64,000 nucleotides of DNA from Glycera tridactyla. Taxonomy: Eukaryota. Below the pieces are notes generated by a model that ran no database searches, had not been told where the DNA came from, and was given only the letters and a program-made list of their open reading frames with translations. The stretch is from positions 34,038,001 to 34,102,000 of the forward strand of contig OZ286476.1 in assembly GCA_965644265.1 (NCBI GenBank). Reading direction: 5' to 3'. Each line of letters opens with the position of its first letter. Positions within the stretch are counted from its first letter, which is position 1. Both the position numbers and the translations under genes were made by a program. This document shows, one piece after another, positions 1 through 10,949 of this stretch.

Positions 1-463
1 ACAGGTACTATATTTTCCGGCAGGAGTGCACAATACAAAATAATACAGACTTGGCAGGCGAGAAGATTTAGCATGAGACTCAGTAGTTAAGATTAGTTAT
101 GAAGTCGAGTGAGAAGTAACGAGAGCACTGAAAGTGAAGGGGGAGGAAACTGCAGAAGTTAGTAACAAGATCATAGAGGAACATGGAAAAGGTCAGACGC
201 CCAAAAAACACAGACAAGGAGAAAACGAGTAGGTCAGGATGAATTGGTACATTGGTCAATTCGGTTCTCGTTTGAGACACTTGACCAGACATCTGACCAG
301 TCGTGTACTGTAGAGAGTTCATTTCAAGACTAGAAGATTCTCCATATTCAGCTTTCCATATTCAGCTTTCCACAGTCGGAGCATCATTGTCAAATTCTTT
401 GAGCGAGGATATAGTATAACACAACACCAGGCGGTACCAGATAGAAATAAACATGTAACATCA

Positions 464-3346
464 TTAACCCTTGAGATATCCTAGATTTATTTTTACTTCT
501 CTTCTAAAGGCAGAAATCACATTGATCTCCCTAACCTCAAGGGGTAGATCATTCCAGTAGGGTACACACCGATGAAAAAAACACCTGTCTGGTGTTTTAA
601 GTCTATTCATGGCTAATGCAAGATGCATGCTAGCTGTGGACCTAGTAACACGTGTATACTCCTTCCGACGCACCAAAGCTCCACATAGAGTCTGAAGCCC
701 AGTGGAAGAATCCCCATGTAGAATTTTGAAAAATTCTATTAGACAATGTAGCCTGCTGTGTGTTTCAAGGGGTACCATGCTAGACTCTTGAAGTAGTATA
801 CATGTGCTACTCCAGCGATCTTTGTTTAAAACAATTCGTAGGGCCGTGTTTAGCTTTCGGTCAAGACGAGTGGACTGCCCGAGTGATAGCCCATCATAAA
901 CGATATCTCCGTATGTTATTATTGGCAAGATTAATGTTTTCAGCAGATAGAGTGCTGTACTAGTGCTAATAAAGCTTCGGGCTCGACGGAGCATACAAAT
1001 CCTTGAGTTGAGTTTTTTAATTATATAATCGGTATGTTTTTTAAAGGACAGTGACGGATCTAATATCATGCCTAAATATTTCATATCCTCAACTACCTCG
1101 AGATTGGAAACTCCAATCGTAACATTTTGCCTGGATAGTCTGGCTGGGGTACCAAAAAACATGCATTTGCTTTTAGTTCTATTGAGTGTAAGCCTATTAC
1201 TTGTTAGCCAATTCTCCAGAGATGCAAAGTCTATATTCAATTGCTCACGGACAGTGTCCATATTGGCAGCATGAACCATGATTGCCGTATCATCGGCATA
1301 CATAAAAGCCCTTGAGTGCCGCAGAGTTCTCATGAGGTCATTTATATATATTACAAATAGAAGTGGACCAAGTATGGAACCCTGCGGCACTCCATAATCA
1401 ATATATTCAAAACCAGAGACAATGTCGTGATATTTTGTGGCTTGGCGGCGGGCGGAGAGATATGATCGGAACCACTGGATTGCCGATGTTCTGAATCCAT
1501 ACATACGTAACTTGTCCAATAGAATAGAATGTTCCACAGTATCGAATGCTTTAGTCAGGTCCAGAAACACCACTCCACTACATTCGCCTCTTTCCATGGC
1601 GGCAAAGATAGCACTGGAGAATTCTACTAAACATGTTGAAGTGGAATGGTGTTTTCTGAAACCTGACTGGCAAACAGATAATAAATTATATTTTCTTAGA
1701 TATTCTTGACTCTGATAATGGACCAGCCTTTCAAGAATCTTCCCAAAGGTGGGCAGTACTGATATGGGCCGGTAGTTCTGTTTATCTAAGACAGAGCCAC
1801 CCTTATATAACGGAGTGACCACTGCTCGCTTCCAAATATCTGGAAAGCTCTTGTCACAGATACTACGATTACAAATCCTTAACAGCAATGGAGCAATTTC
1901 AAATTTACAACTCTTCACTAGCACATTTGATACATTGTCATGACTCGAGGAAGTGGACGACTTCAGATCATCTATAGCTCTAAGGATATCACTGAGTTTC
2001 ACCTCTTTCAGTTCAAAAATTGGAGGTTCACTGCCTAATTGCAAGGGGTCAGAGTGTTCATTATGTTTAAAGGCTTGGGCCAGATTTGCCCCGACATTTA
2101 CAAAATGATCATTAAACATACTCGCGACATCAGGATAGTCGAGCAGCCCAGGGAAATCAGGTGAGTCCGGTAAGGTCGACTTTGATTTTGGCCGGATGGA
2201 CCGTATCACCTTCCATAGTTTTTTGGGGTTTTTACTATGCAGTTTGATCTGTTCCATGATGTAGCTCTTTCTCAAGTGAGTTCTAAGGTTCGAGCATTCC
2301 CTTGATTTTTCCATTTTTCTAACTTCGTCTTCCGGATTCTTGGTAAGGGCGAATTTCTTAGCTAGGCGCTCCCTTTCACGCAATAAATTTAAATAATGAT
2401 TGTTTGCCCATAATACATTAATTTTTCTCTGGCAGCAGCGTCTAACTGGAAAGTGTCTATCAATAATAATCATCATTTGGTCTTGTACAAATTCTGCTGC
2501 AAGATCCACATTTGCGAAAGATTGAACATCAAAGCATACACCAACTATATCCGCTTTCAATTCCTCGATATCAGGACAGGTTTGTGCCCTGTAGGTTGAT
2601 TCAATCTTTCTCTTGTTTGGTGGGACTCGTCTTCTCACACAGTAAATTAGGTGATGGTCAGATAAACCGGGGTCAATTGTTCCATTATATGCAAACTGAG
2701 TTTTGTTGTTTGTATAAATGTGGTCAATAGATGTCGAAGTACTTGCTTTTATTCTAGTTGGTGCACTGATCAAATTACATAGGTCATTGTCAAATAGGAA
2801 CTCCTTCAGTGATGTATTTTCTCTCGAGGGTGATAGGCTATTTATATTTTGGTCGCCCAGAATCAGAAGATCAAAAGGTTTCTCAGATGGCAGTCTTGAG
2901 ATAGCTTCTCCTAGTTCTTCTAGTGCGGTAGTTACACTTCCCGATGGAGGTCGGTAAATGGAGGCCAGAAAAGTAGGACGGGTTTTTGGCAATTCTAATT
3001 TTAACCATTGTTGCTCAAGATTACAAGTACATTTGCTGAGAGAGATCATCTCCGAATATTTATGCTCATCACTAACATAGGTTAATATCCCCCCACCCGA
3101 TTTTTTCCCAGACTCTTTACTCCTATCAGATCTGAAGGCAGTGTAGCCGGTTATTTCCAATTCAGTGTCTGTAATGGAATTATTAAGAAATGTCTCAGAG
3201 AGAGATAGTATTTCAATACCGCTACATTTAAGCAATAATCTTATATCATCCAACTTCCTTGTTACACTTTGTATATTTAGAGAGCAGAAGACCATTTTCC
3301 TTTGGTTAGAAAGAGAGAAACAGGAATTTAGTAGTTGATCAGTCAT
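464..3346 (-). CDS. LINE ORF2: APE endonuclease + reverse transcriptase, intact (960 aa)
   Basis: APE motifs SLNIQS, SETF, GGG, IYRPP, LGDQN, IDHIY, SDHHLI. RT motifs YRPISVL, QSGFR, FLDLTKAFDTV, GVPQGSILGPLLF, YADDT, KYLG. No stops or frameshifts. Confidence 0.97.
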   Translation of the reverse strand: MTDQLLNSCFSLSNQRKMVFCSLNIQSVTRKLDDIRLLLKCSGIEILSLSETFLNNSITDTELEITGYTAFRSDRSKESGKKSGGGILTYVSDEHKYSEMISLSKCTCNLEQQWLKLELPKTRPTFLASIYRPPSGSVTTALEELGEAISRLPSEKPFDLLILGDQNINSLSPSRENTSLKEFLFDNDLCNLISAPTRIKASTSTSIDHIYTNNKTQFAYNGTIDPGLSDHHLIYCVRRRVPPNKRKIESTYRAQTCPDIEELKADIVGVCFDVQSFANVDLAAEFVQDQMMIIIDRHFPVRRCCQRKINVLWANNHYLNLLRERERLAKKFALTKNPEDEVRKMEKSRECSNLRTHLRKSYIMEQIKLHSKNPKKLWKVIRSIRPKSKSTLPDSPDFPGLLDYPDVASMFNDHFVNVGANLAQAFKHNEHSDPLQLGSEPPIFELKEVKLSDILRAIDDLKSSTSSSHDNVSNVLVKSCKFEIAPLLLRICNRSICDKSFPDIWKRAVVTPLYKGGSVLDKQNYRPISVLPTFGKILERLVHYQSQEYLRKYNLLSVCQSGFRKHHSTSTCLVEFSSAIFAAMERGECSGVVFLDLTKAFDTVEHSILLDKLRMYGFRTSAIQWFRSYLSARRQATKYHDIVSGFEYIDYGVPQGSILGPLLFVIYINDLMRTLRHSRAFMYADDTAIMVHAANMDTVREQLNIDFASLENWLTSNRLTLNRTKSKCMFFGTPARLSRQNVTIGVSNLEVVEDMKYLGMILDPSLSFKKHTDYIIKKLNSRICMLRRARSFISTSTALYLLKTLILPIITYGDIVYDGLSLGQSTRLDRKLNTALRIVLNKDRWSSTCILLQESSMVPLETHSRLHCLIEFFKILHGDSSTGLQTLCGALVRRKEYTRVTRSTASMHLALAMNRLKTPDRCFFHRCVPYWNDLPLEVREINVISAFRREVKINLGYLKG

Positions 3347-4819
3347 CGGTAGTTATTAAGAATTTGTAAATGCGCCTAACAAGCGACTCAGATAGGTATA
3401 TAGAGGATTGTATAAGGACATTGCTCTCCTCCTCATAACAATTGACTGGGATGAAGTTTCTATTATTAAAATGCTAGACTTGTTGGTACGATATCTATTA
3501 TGCAAATAGAGAGGGGGGGGGGGATGAGACTGAGATATTTCCTTGGATTATAGTCAAGTAGTTCTTATGGCAAAATTTCTAGGGCAGCAGGAGTACTGTT
3601 TGTATGTGCGGTTCTGAATTAAAAGAAAGGTGAATGAAAAATAAAGAATAAAGATTACCATACAGAGGGACATATAACATTCCTGAGAAACCACCTTTTC
3701 ATAGTATAATAGTTCAATAATCAATTGATTACAATAATTCCAACCAATTAATTCAAAGAGTAAGATAATATGAAAATCAAACATCCCCATTCTTTGCTCA
3801 ATCTGTGGAGGTGAAATTCAGTTCAATAATTAAAACTGAAGCTTAAAATTAAAAAGAGCAAAAATCCCATTAATACAGGCAGTACTAACACTTTATGGCA
3901 GAAGCATAATATCATAGATTATGACATTTGGCTTGTGATATGTCGTTCGGGCAGTGGTTCTCAAGATAGAGACATATGCACAACATCGACCGCCTTAGGA
4001 GTAGCAGAACAAAAAACAACTGGTTGCAACAAATCAGATCACCAAGCAAAGATCAGTCTAACTATCATAGTAACCCCCATTTTTCCAATCCTCAAAAATA
4101 ATTATTCTGAAAAAAAAACGGCATAATTACACAGACTGGCTGGTTCTCCTCGTCAGAAATCATGCCATACAGTCAATCACCGGCTATACTCGAAATTAGT
4201 TACATTCAGAGAAAAAACAGAAAAAAACAGCAATTGGAAAATCACATCAAGTGTATTCATTCGAGATCAATTTCAAGATTCTAGTAATTCTATCTCATAA
4301 GAAAGCCCTTGTTGGTTTGATTGCAGTGGGATTCAACATTTAAGTACAGATTTGGAATCATACTAAACCAAATCGCAAAATTAAATTGCAAAAATTAAGC
4401 TTCTAATTCGAAAACAAGAAACAAGAAAAACAAGAAAACAGGGGTTTCTGGAAAGAAGACAAGACATCAGATACAGTGGTTGAAACCAGGATTCACAAAC
4501 AAAGATTCAGACTATAAGATTGAGTAGAGGCAACACTGGTTCTCTCATTGAGACACATTACCGTAAACTCTTTTGATCATAGTACAAAAGTAGTGTCTGG
4601 CTGGTAGATCAACATTCATAGGCAGAGATTTAAACTAGAAATAAAAATCAAACGTAGAAACATTCTCTCCCATCATCGGTGATGATAATACCACAAAAGG
4701 TCTATATATGCAGCTAGAAGCTGATTATCAGTCCCATCACGGCATAAATAAAGCAAGATAGATTCCGGGTGCCGAAACAGCTTGGACACATAGCATATGA
4801 TTATGATATCAATTTGATC

Positions 4820-6760
4820 GTAGAGATACACAGTGTTTCTCATTATTAAGACACATCAATCTATGGCATACAGGATTCGGCTCCGGTTCTCCCATTGGGA
4901 CACAACAAGAAGACACAGTTTGATGGATACGACGCTGATTCCCCCATCGAGACTCAGTTGAATACAGGCAATATTGGTTCTCACATTGAGACACAGTTTG
5001 ACTGATGCAACGCTGGTTCACCCATAAGTCACAGTTTGACGAATACGACGATGGTCCTCTCATTGAGACTCAGTTGAGTGGAGGCGACACTGGTTCTCCC
5101 ATTGAGACACAGTTTGATAGAAGTGACATCGGTTCACCCATCAGGACAGAGCTGGATGGTAACAATATACCACCAAATAGCAGCCATACTGGTTCTCCCA
5201 TTGAGACACAGTTTGATAGATATGACGCTGATTCACCCATTGAGACTCAGTTGGATAAAGGCGACACCGGTTCTCCCATTGAGACACAGTTTAATAGAAG
5301 TGACATCGGTTCACCCATCAAGACAGAGCTGGATGGTAGCAATTTTCCACCTAATAGCTGCCATACTGCTTCTCCCATTGAGACACAGTTTGATAGATAC
5401 GATGCTGATTCACCCATTGAGACTCAGTTGAAATAAAGGCGACACTGGTCCTCCCATTGAGACACAGTTTGATAGATGTGACATCGGTTCACCCGTCAAG
5501 ACAGAGCTGGATAGCAGCAATGTACCGCCTAATAGCTGCCATACTGGTTCTCCCATTGAGACACAGTTTGTATGATACGACGCTGATTCAACCATTGAGA
5601 CTCAGTTGAAAAGAGGCGACACTGGTTCTCCCGTTGAGACACAGTTTGATAAATGTGACATTGGTTCACCCATCAGACAGAGCTGGATAGCAGCAATGTA
5701 CCGCCTGATATCTCCCATACTGGTTCTCTCATTGAGACACAGTTTGATGGATACGACGCTGATACACCCATTGAGACTCAGTTGAATAAAGGCCACACTG
5801 GTTCTCCCGTTGAAACACAGTTTGATAGATGTAACATTGGTTTACCCATCAAGACAGAGCTGGATAGTAGCAATGTACCGCCTGATAACTGCCATACTGG
5901 TTCTCTCATTGAGACACAGTTTGATAGATGTAACATTGGTTCACCCATCAAGACAGAGCTGGATAGTAGCAATGTACCACCTGATAACTGCCATACTGGT
6001 TCTCACATTAAGACACAGTTTGATGGATACGATGATGATCACCCTTTGAGACTCTGTTGAATGGAGGTGACACTGGTTCTTCCATTGTGACACAGTTTCA
6101 CAGATGGTATACTCGTTCTCCCATCGAGACATGGCTGGTTTGAGATGACATTGATTCTCTCATTGAAACCCAGTTTGATAAACATGACATTGGGTCTCCC
6201 ATTGGGACACAGATTGATAGATGGGACACTGATTCTCCCATAATGACAAAGTTTAAACAGATGAGATTCTGGTTTTCCTGTTGAGACACAGTTTGATGGG
6301 TACAACATTGGTTCTCTCATTGAGACACAATTTGACAGATGCAACACTGGTTCACAGAGCTTGACAATAGCAGCATTGGTTCTCCCATTGAGACACAATT
6401 TGATAGATGCAACACTGGTTTACAGAGCTTGACAATAGCAACATTGGTTCTCCCATTGAGACACAATTCAACAGCTTAATTATCCAATTAAGACTCGGCT
6501 GAACAGAGGTGACACTGGTTCTCACATTGAGACACAGCTTCATGGGTAGGGCGCTGGTTCATCCATTGAGACTCAGTTGAGTGGAGACAACACTGGTCCT
6601 CCCATAAGGACACATTAAACAGATGAGACACTGGTTCTCGCATTAGAGACACAGTTGAACATATAGGATACTGGTTCTCCCCTTAAGACACAGCTGGATC
6701 GAAGTGACACTGGTTCTCCCATTGAGACACAGTCTGATAGGTACGACATTGGTTATTGAG
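4820..6760 (+). repeat. Tandem array of 39-bp monomers with a 177-bp higher-order unit (39+39+39+60)
   Basis: Monomer core ACTGGTTCTCCCATTGAGACACAGTTTGATAGA. The anchor ACAGAGCTGGAT occurs at 5146, 5323, 5501, 5677, 5854 and 5953 (spacings 177, 178, 176, 177, 99). An isolated monomer lies near 4531-4560. The array degrades toward both ends. Confidence 0.95.
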
Positions 6761-6974
6761 GCACAGAAGGAAGCAGACACAAGTACTCGACGAGCTCATA
6801 GCCTTGTATCGGTAGTCAATAAGGATATGGTAAGCTCATTCGTAAGCTCATGCGTCTTCTCTTATTAATACCCAGATGATCATTTCAGATCAAATGAGAA
6901 TATGCGAAAAAAGGAAGGATTGCTTCCTAGGTTGAGGGGACGAATTGTCCATTGTATCAAAGTGTGTATTGACT

Positions 6975-8189
6975 TTAAGATTTCCAGGAGACCACTTGTA
7001 CCGTAGAAGCAAGCTTCTTTGATTTGGGTTTTCCCGCTGTGCCCAAAAAGCTGCATACTGCATATGCCAGGTCCATTATTAAAGTGACATATCCATGGCT
7101 TTGTAGGTGTACGCCATCTGGTTCGAGCATACCTTTCATAATGTCGGAGTAAGCTGGGTTGATTTTACGAACGCCTGTTTGGTTGTAGATGCTCCTGTAG
7201 ATAGTAGTCCTTATTGGAAGCCTCTTGTGTACATTATAAGAGATATAATGATTTAAATGGGAGGCAAGCTCCCTTGCAGCATTAGTCCACCATTTCCTTG
7301 GAAAGATACATTGGAATGACATAGGGCAACCCTGTGTAACCTCATAGATTTCATCTAGAAGTTCGTCGATAACCGGACGTAGATCAAACTCCCATTCCTT
7401 GAGAGCTTCGGTGATTTCTCTACTCACAAATTTGTGTGGGAAGGTTTTCTTGATATGCTGAACATGGAGGTCAAACTGATCCACATCGTTCCCCCCTAGT
7501 ATGATAACAACATATTTCGCACGATGGTTTTTCTTCTTGTAGCAGTCGAAACAATTTCCAAATTCACGTTTTTTGTCAGGATCGGGGATATCTCCATTCA
7601 GCCATTTCATAGCATTGCACAGTTTCATACCGGGGATACCAATGAACTTCGTCTTTCTGACCATACGATACAAGTGGTTTGGAAAGCTATGGGCGAATAG
7701 TTCATCCTCCATCTTGACCACATGAGAGTCCCCGATTACAACACAGCGTGGCACACCTTGTGAACTCAAATGACCTTCAGCAGTACGTCTGCGTGTAAAA
7801 TCATTCCTTGGAAATGCCACTCGTTTGGCCCTTTCAATATCCGCTTCTGCTATCTTGTCTTTCCGTGAAAAGAATGCATACTTATGCCGTTCAAAAATAG
7901 GTTTAGTGTTTACCTGTTCTTGATTTGCCATGCTGTAAGTCTGGGTAATCTTTTTCGTAGCTCTCGCGCCTGGATTTACGAAGTGTTTGACTGCCTTGCC
8001 TAGATGAAATCGAAGCTTTTGATTGGCCTCGTTGCCCTTTAAGGCCGTCACGGTGGGTGCGTCTGTCATTGGGGGGAGGTTCACTGTGGACCAATTCTTG
8101 CGATGACATGTCTGGTCTTGCAGAGTGATGTCCATTGAGTCGTCTGAAACGGTCCTCCAAGTCATTTCTGTCTCTATTCCCGCGACCAT
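6975..8189 (-). CDS. SGNH/GDSL-family esterase (404 aa), separate ORF in the LINE
   Basis: All four SGNH blocks in order: VVIGDSHV (Ser), GIPG (Gly), IILGGNDV (Asn), PDGVHL (Asp/His). ATG at 8189 in GGCATGG context. Confidence 0.9.
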   Translation of the reverse strand: MVAGIETEMTWRTVSDDSMDITLQDQTCHRKNWSTVNLPPMTDAPTVTALKGNEANQKLRFHLGKAVKHFVNPGARATKKITQTYSMANQEQVNTKPIFERHKYAFFSRKDKIAEADIERAKRVAFPRNDFTRRRTAEGHLSSQGVPRCVVIGDSHVVKMEDELFAHSFPNHLYRMVRKTKFIGIPGMKLCNAMKWLNGDIPDPDKKREFGNCFDCYKKKNHRAKYVVIILGGNDVDQFDLHVQHIKKTFPHKFVSREITEALKEWEFDLRPVIDELLDEIYEVTQGCPMSFQCIFPRKWWTNAARELASHLNHYISYNVHKRLPIRTTIYRSIYNQTGVRKINPAYSDIMKGMLEPDGVHLQSHGYVTLIMDLAYAVCSFLGTAGKPKSKKLASTVQVVSWKS

Positions 8190-10818
8190 GCCGTCTTTGA
8201 CCCTGCTTGTGTTGATGTTTATTTCCAGCCATGTTCATTTCATTCCCAGGTTCTATAGTTTCTTCATTTTCTTGTCCATCGGTTTCCACACTCCTACCGA
8301 TAATTCGTCTATCATCATGTCTCCTAATGACCACTGGAATGCTGTCCTCCTTCTCCTTGATCCAAACTTTGCCAGCCTTTGTCCATGTATGATTTATGCA
8401 ATTTTCTTTCATTGCATGCCGAGCTTTGTAGAAAATATTATTGTTTACCTCTGTCAGATGTTCACTGACATAAACATGAGAATCCCTCAGATTTCCTTTC
8501 TGACGCAGTAACCAGCGTTTTGAAGAAGGATCGCGAAATTTAACACAGACAGTGATGGATTTAGGTTCATTTGGTTTTTTATTAGGTGGACGGCCAAATG
8601 GATTACAAGATACAATATCTGATGTGGAAAAACCGGCGCGCAGGTATTCATTCAATGTGTCAATGAGAACGGCTTTATAATCATCTCCTGGCTCGAGTTT
8701 CAGCCCATCCACAAGAACGATGTCTTGCCGCTCATTCAATTCTAGATTTTCTAGTCTACCGCCATGTTTTCCTATTTCGCGTTTGTTTTCTTTGACATCT
8801 TCGGCCACCTCAGAGAACCTTTTCTCAAAGGAATCTTTATCCAGATTAGACAAGGGCGACGATGGGTTTTTCTTACATTCCTCAAAGTCCACACGGAGAG
8901 CTGCCAAATTTATCTCTGATTCCTTTACTTTGTTTGACACTGCAAGAATTTCGCTCTTCAGGTTCACCACATCGTCACAGATGATATCTTCGAGGTCCTT
9001 TATAGTACGTCTTGCCTTCAAGAGCTCATTTTCTGATTTGTCACACTGAGCCTCTTTCTGAGACAGCCTGTTGATGGCCTGTTGCAATATCTTCAACTCC
9101 TTTGTGTTCTGCATGACTTGATGGGACCTATTATGCATTGATTCGTCCACAACTTTCTTGATCATGCAAGGGAGTGACGCGTTGATAGTATTTGTTAACC
9201 AGTCATCAACTGTAAAGCCATCTTGGTGTGCAGCTTCGCCGATTCCTTTATCATCACCTAGTTGATGGGAGGGACTGCCCTTGATATTTCTGTCGAGGCC
9301 GAGTCCTCCACTTACTTCAGGTGGACGTTCTCGACATGATCTCACGTCATCATCTGAGGGGGATATGGATTGTGTCACGAATTGAGATGCAGATTGGGAA
9401 TGTGTACACGTAAGTGCTTGTGATTGTGATGATAAGATTGCTACGGAGTCATCCATCAAGTCCTGAGTTGAGGATGGTGAAACCTGTCTTTGAGATTTCG
9501 GATCACGATCGACCGTGGTTTGTTCAGGTGAGAACAGTTGTGCATCAGGTGTTGATGGTATTCTCTTTCTCCTAGGATTCCGATAGGGTGTGAAAAAGTG
9601 ATGCGGTATGGGTGGAGGTGGTGGCGGTGGCAGTGAAGCCAGGGGAGGTGGGGGAGGCGGGGGAAGGGGTGTATGTATAGTAGGCGCATTGACGAGGGAA
9701 TTCTCGCCACTAAAGCCTGTTTCATCAATGTTTTCTCTTCCCACTTTATTTGTGTTCACTCCTATCTTAGCTGTTAAATTCAAGGATCCAGCAATCACCG
9801 TGTCAGAACTAGAGTCAGATGCCATTGTGGGAGATTTATCATCACTAAATTTGTAAGATTGCAATAAAGTTTGCTTTGATGAGATATCGATAGTGGAGGT
9901 GCTTGGCAAACTTATATTCGGGACACTTGAAAAGCTTGTCTTGTTTAGGTGCCTATTGGCCGATAAGCTATCAATAGAATCAAAATTCGGTTGTTTTAAA
10001 GGAGTGAGGCGAGGCACCTTTTCAATAACACCAGATGCCTGAGGAACCAGCAAGTTTGGAGTTGAATGACACTGTGAAGGAATCAATTCCGATAAAGAGT
10101 CAAGACTAATATTGATCCTTTCACGAGAGCTGAGTGAACTACCAGGGATGTCATGCTTTGTTAGCGATTTAGTTCCGGCAGGCTGGTCAGAATCAGAATC
10201 AGAAAAACAAGAGGGGGAGACTACCAACCAACTAGTATTCTTTAAGGGATCATCACTGTCATATTTATGATAACCCTCGCTCAGATTTGCTGCCGAGGAG
10301 ACTACCGAGGAGACTGCACCTCTCCTTTTGCTAACATGATCAGTAGAGGGTTTGTGTGAGGGTAGGACGCCAGTAACGGTAGAATGAGTAACCGTGCTCG
10401 GCTTGTCTGACTTGTCAGGCTTGTCTACCTTATTTTCCATGTCAATTTTCAGGTTTGTAGAGCTGGCTGACATGAGAGATGAATTAAGAGACGTATTTGT
10501 CGAGATTTTGTCCGTTTTAATCTTGCGACGTGGGACACGGATAACTCTCCCACCACTCATGACCTCCCCCGATAAACCAAATGAGGAGCAGGCTGCGGAG
10601 CGATAATTTGCAAAGTTTGTGTCGAATTTATAGCAATTGAGGTTTAACAAACTGTCACAATCAAACAGGGAAACAACTGGATGGTTCGGACAAATAATGT
10701 CAGCATCAGAAGTATTGCGAGTAGTCAATGCAGTTAGCCTACTTGATGCCGGAGGCAGATCAGGATGCTGAGAATCTTTTTTCACTGTCGTTTCTGACAG
10801 TTTGGGTCGATATTCCAT
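7903..10818 (-). CDS. LINE ORF1 (L1/Tnp22-type: coiled coil + RRM-like + CTD) with a long Ser/Pro-rich N-terminus (971 aa from the first ATG)
   Basis: Heptad-rich segment followed by RLENLELNERQDIVLVDGL...VCVKFRD...VYVSEHLT...ARHAMKENCINHTWTKAGKVWIK, typical of L1-type ORF1 in CR1-group elements. The ORF-track start at 10851 is a TTG; the first ATG is at 10818. Confidence 0.9.
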   Translation of the reverse strand: MEYRPKLSETTVKKDSQHPDLPPASSRLTALTTRNTSDADIICPNHPVVSLFDCDSLLNLNCYKFDTNFANYRSAACSSFGLSGEVMSGGRVIRVPRRKIKTDKISTNTSLNSSLMSASSTNLKIDMENKVDKPDKSDKPSTVTHSTVTGVLPSHKPSTDHVSKRRGAVSSVVSSAANLSEGYHKYDSDDPLKNTSWLVVSPSCFSDSDSDQPAGTKSLTKHDIPGSSLSSRERINISLDSLSELIPSQCHSTPNLLVPQASGVIEKVPRLTPLKQPNFDSIDSLSANRHLNKTSFSSVPNISLPSTSTIDISSKQTLLQSYKFSDDKSPTMASDSSSDTVIAGSLNLTAKIGVNTNKVGRENIDETGFSGENSLVNAPTIHTPLPPPPPPPLASLPPPPPPPIPHHFFTPYRNPRRKRIPSTPDAQLFSPEQTTVDRDPKSQRQVSPSSTQDLMDDSVAILSSQSQALTCTHSQSASQFVTQSISPSDDDVRSCRERPPEVSGGLGLDRNIKGSPSHQLGDDKGIGEAAHQDGFTVDDWLTNTINASLPCMIKKVVDESMHNRSHQVMQNTKELKILQQAINRLSQKEAQCDKSENELLKARRTIKDLEDIICDDVVNLKSEILAVSNKVKESEINLAALRVDFEECKKNPSSPLSNLDKDSFEKRFSEVAEDVKENKREIGKHGGRLENLELNERQDIVLVDGLKLEPGDDYKAVLIDTLNEYLRAGFSTSDIVSCNPFGRPPNKKPNEPKSITVCVKFRDPSSKRWLLRQKGNLRDSHVYVSEHLTEVNNNIFYKARHAMKENCINHTWTKAGKVWIKEKEDSIPVVIRRHDDRRIIGRSVETDGQENEETIEPGNEMNMAGNKHQHKQGQRRHGRGNRDRNDLEDRFRRLNGHHSARPDMSSQELVHSEPPPNDRRTHRDGLKGQRGQSKASISSRQGSQTLRKSRRESYEKDYPDLQHGKSRTGKH

Positions 10819-10949
10819 ATTTTCAATGCTCAAAACCCTACAAATCTTCAAAATTGTATTTCTATCAGATTCCTCATACCAGAAAACATGTATCTAGACA
10901 CCAGAATCACTTTGCTAGCATCATTATTCCTTGAGATATACTCTAAAGA

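Noticed and set aside
1068-2957. Short plus-strand ORFs opposite ORF2, and similar ones opposite ORF1 and gag-pol
   Set aside because: Antisense shadows of long coding frames with no independent motifs.
3935-4126. GSGSQ as the missing kinase glycine-rich loop exon
   Set aside because: No GxGxxGxV or VAVK pattern, and no suitable splice sites.
4820-6760. CRISPR array or an intact gene
   Set aside because: Monomers are contiguous without unique spacers, there are no cas genes and the context is eukaryotic. Frameshifts prevent calling a CDS.
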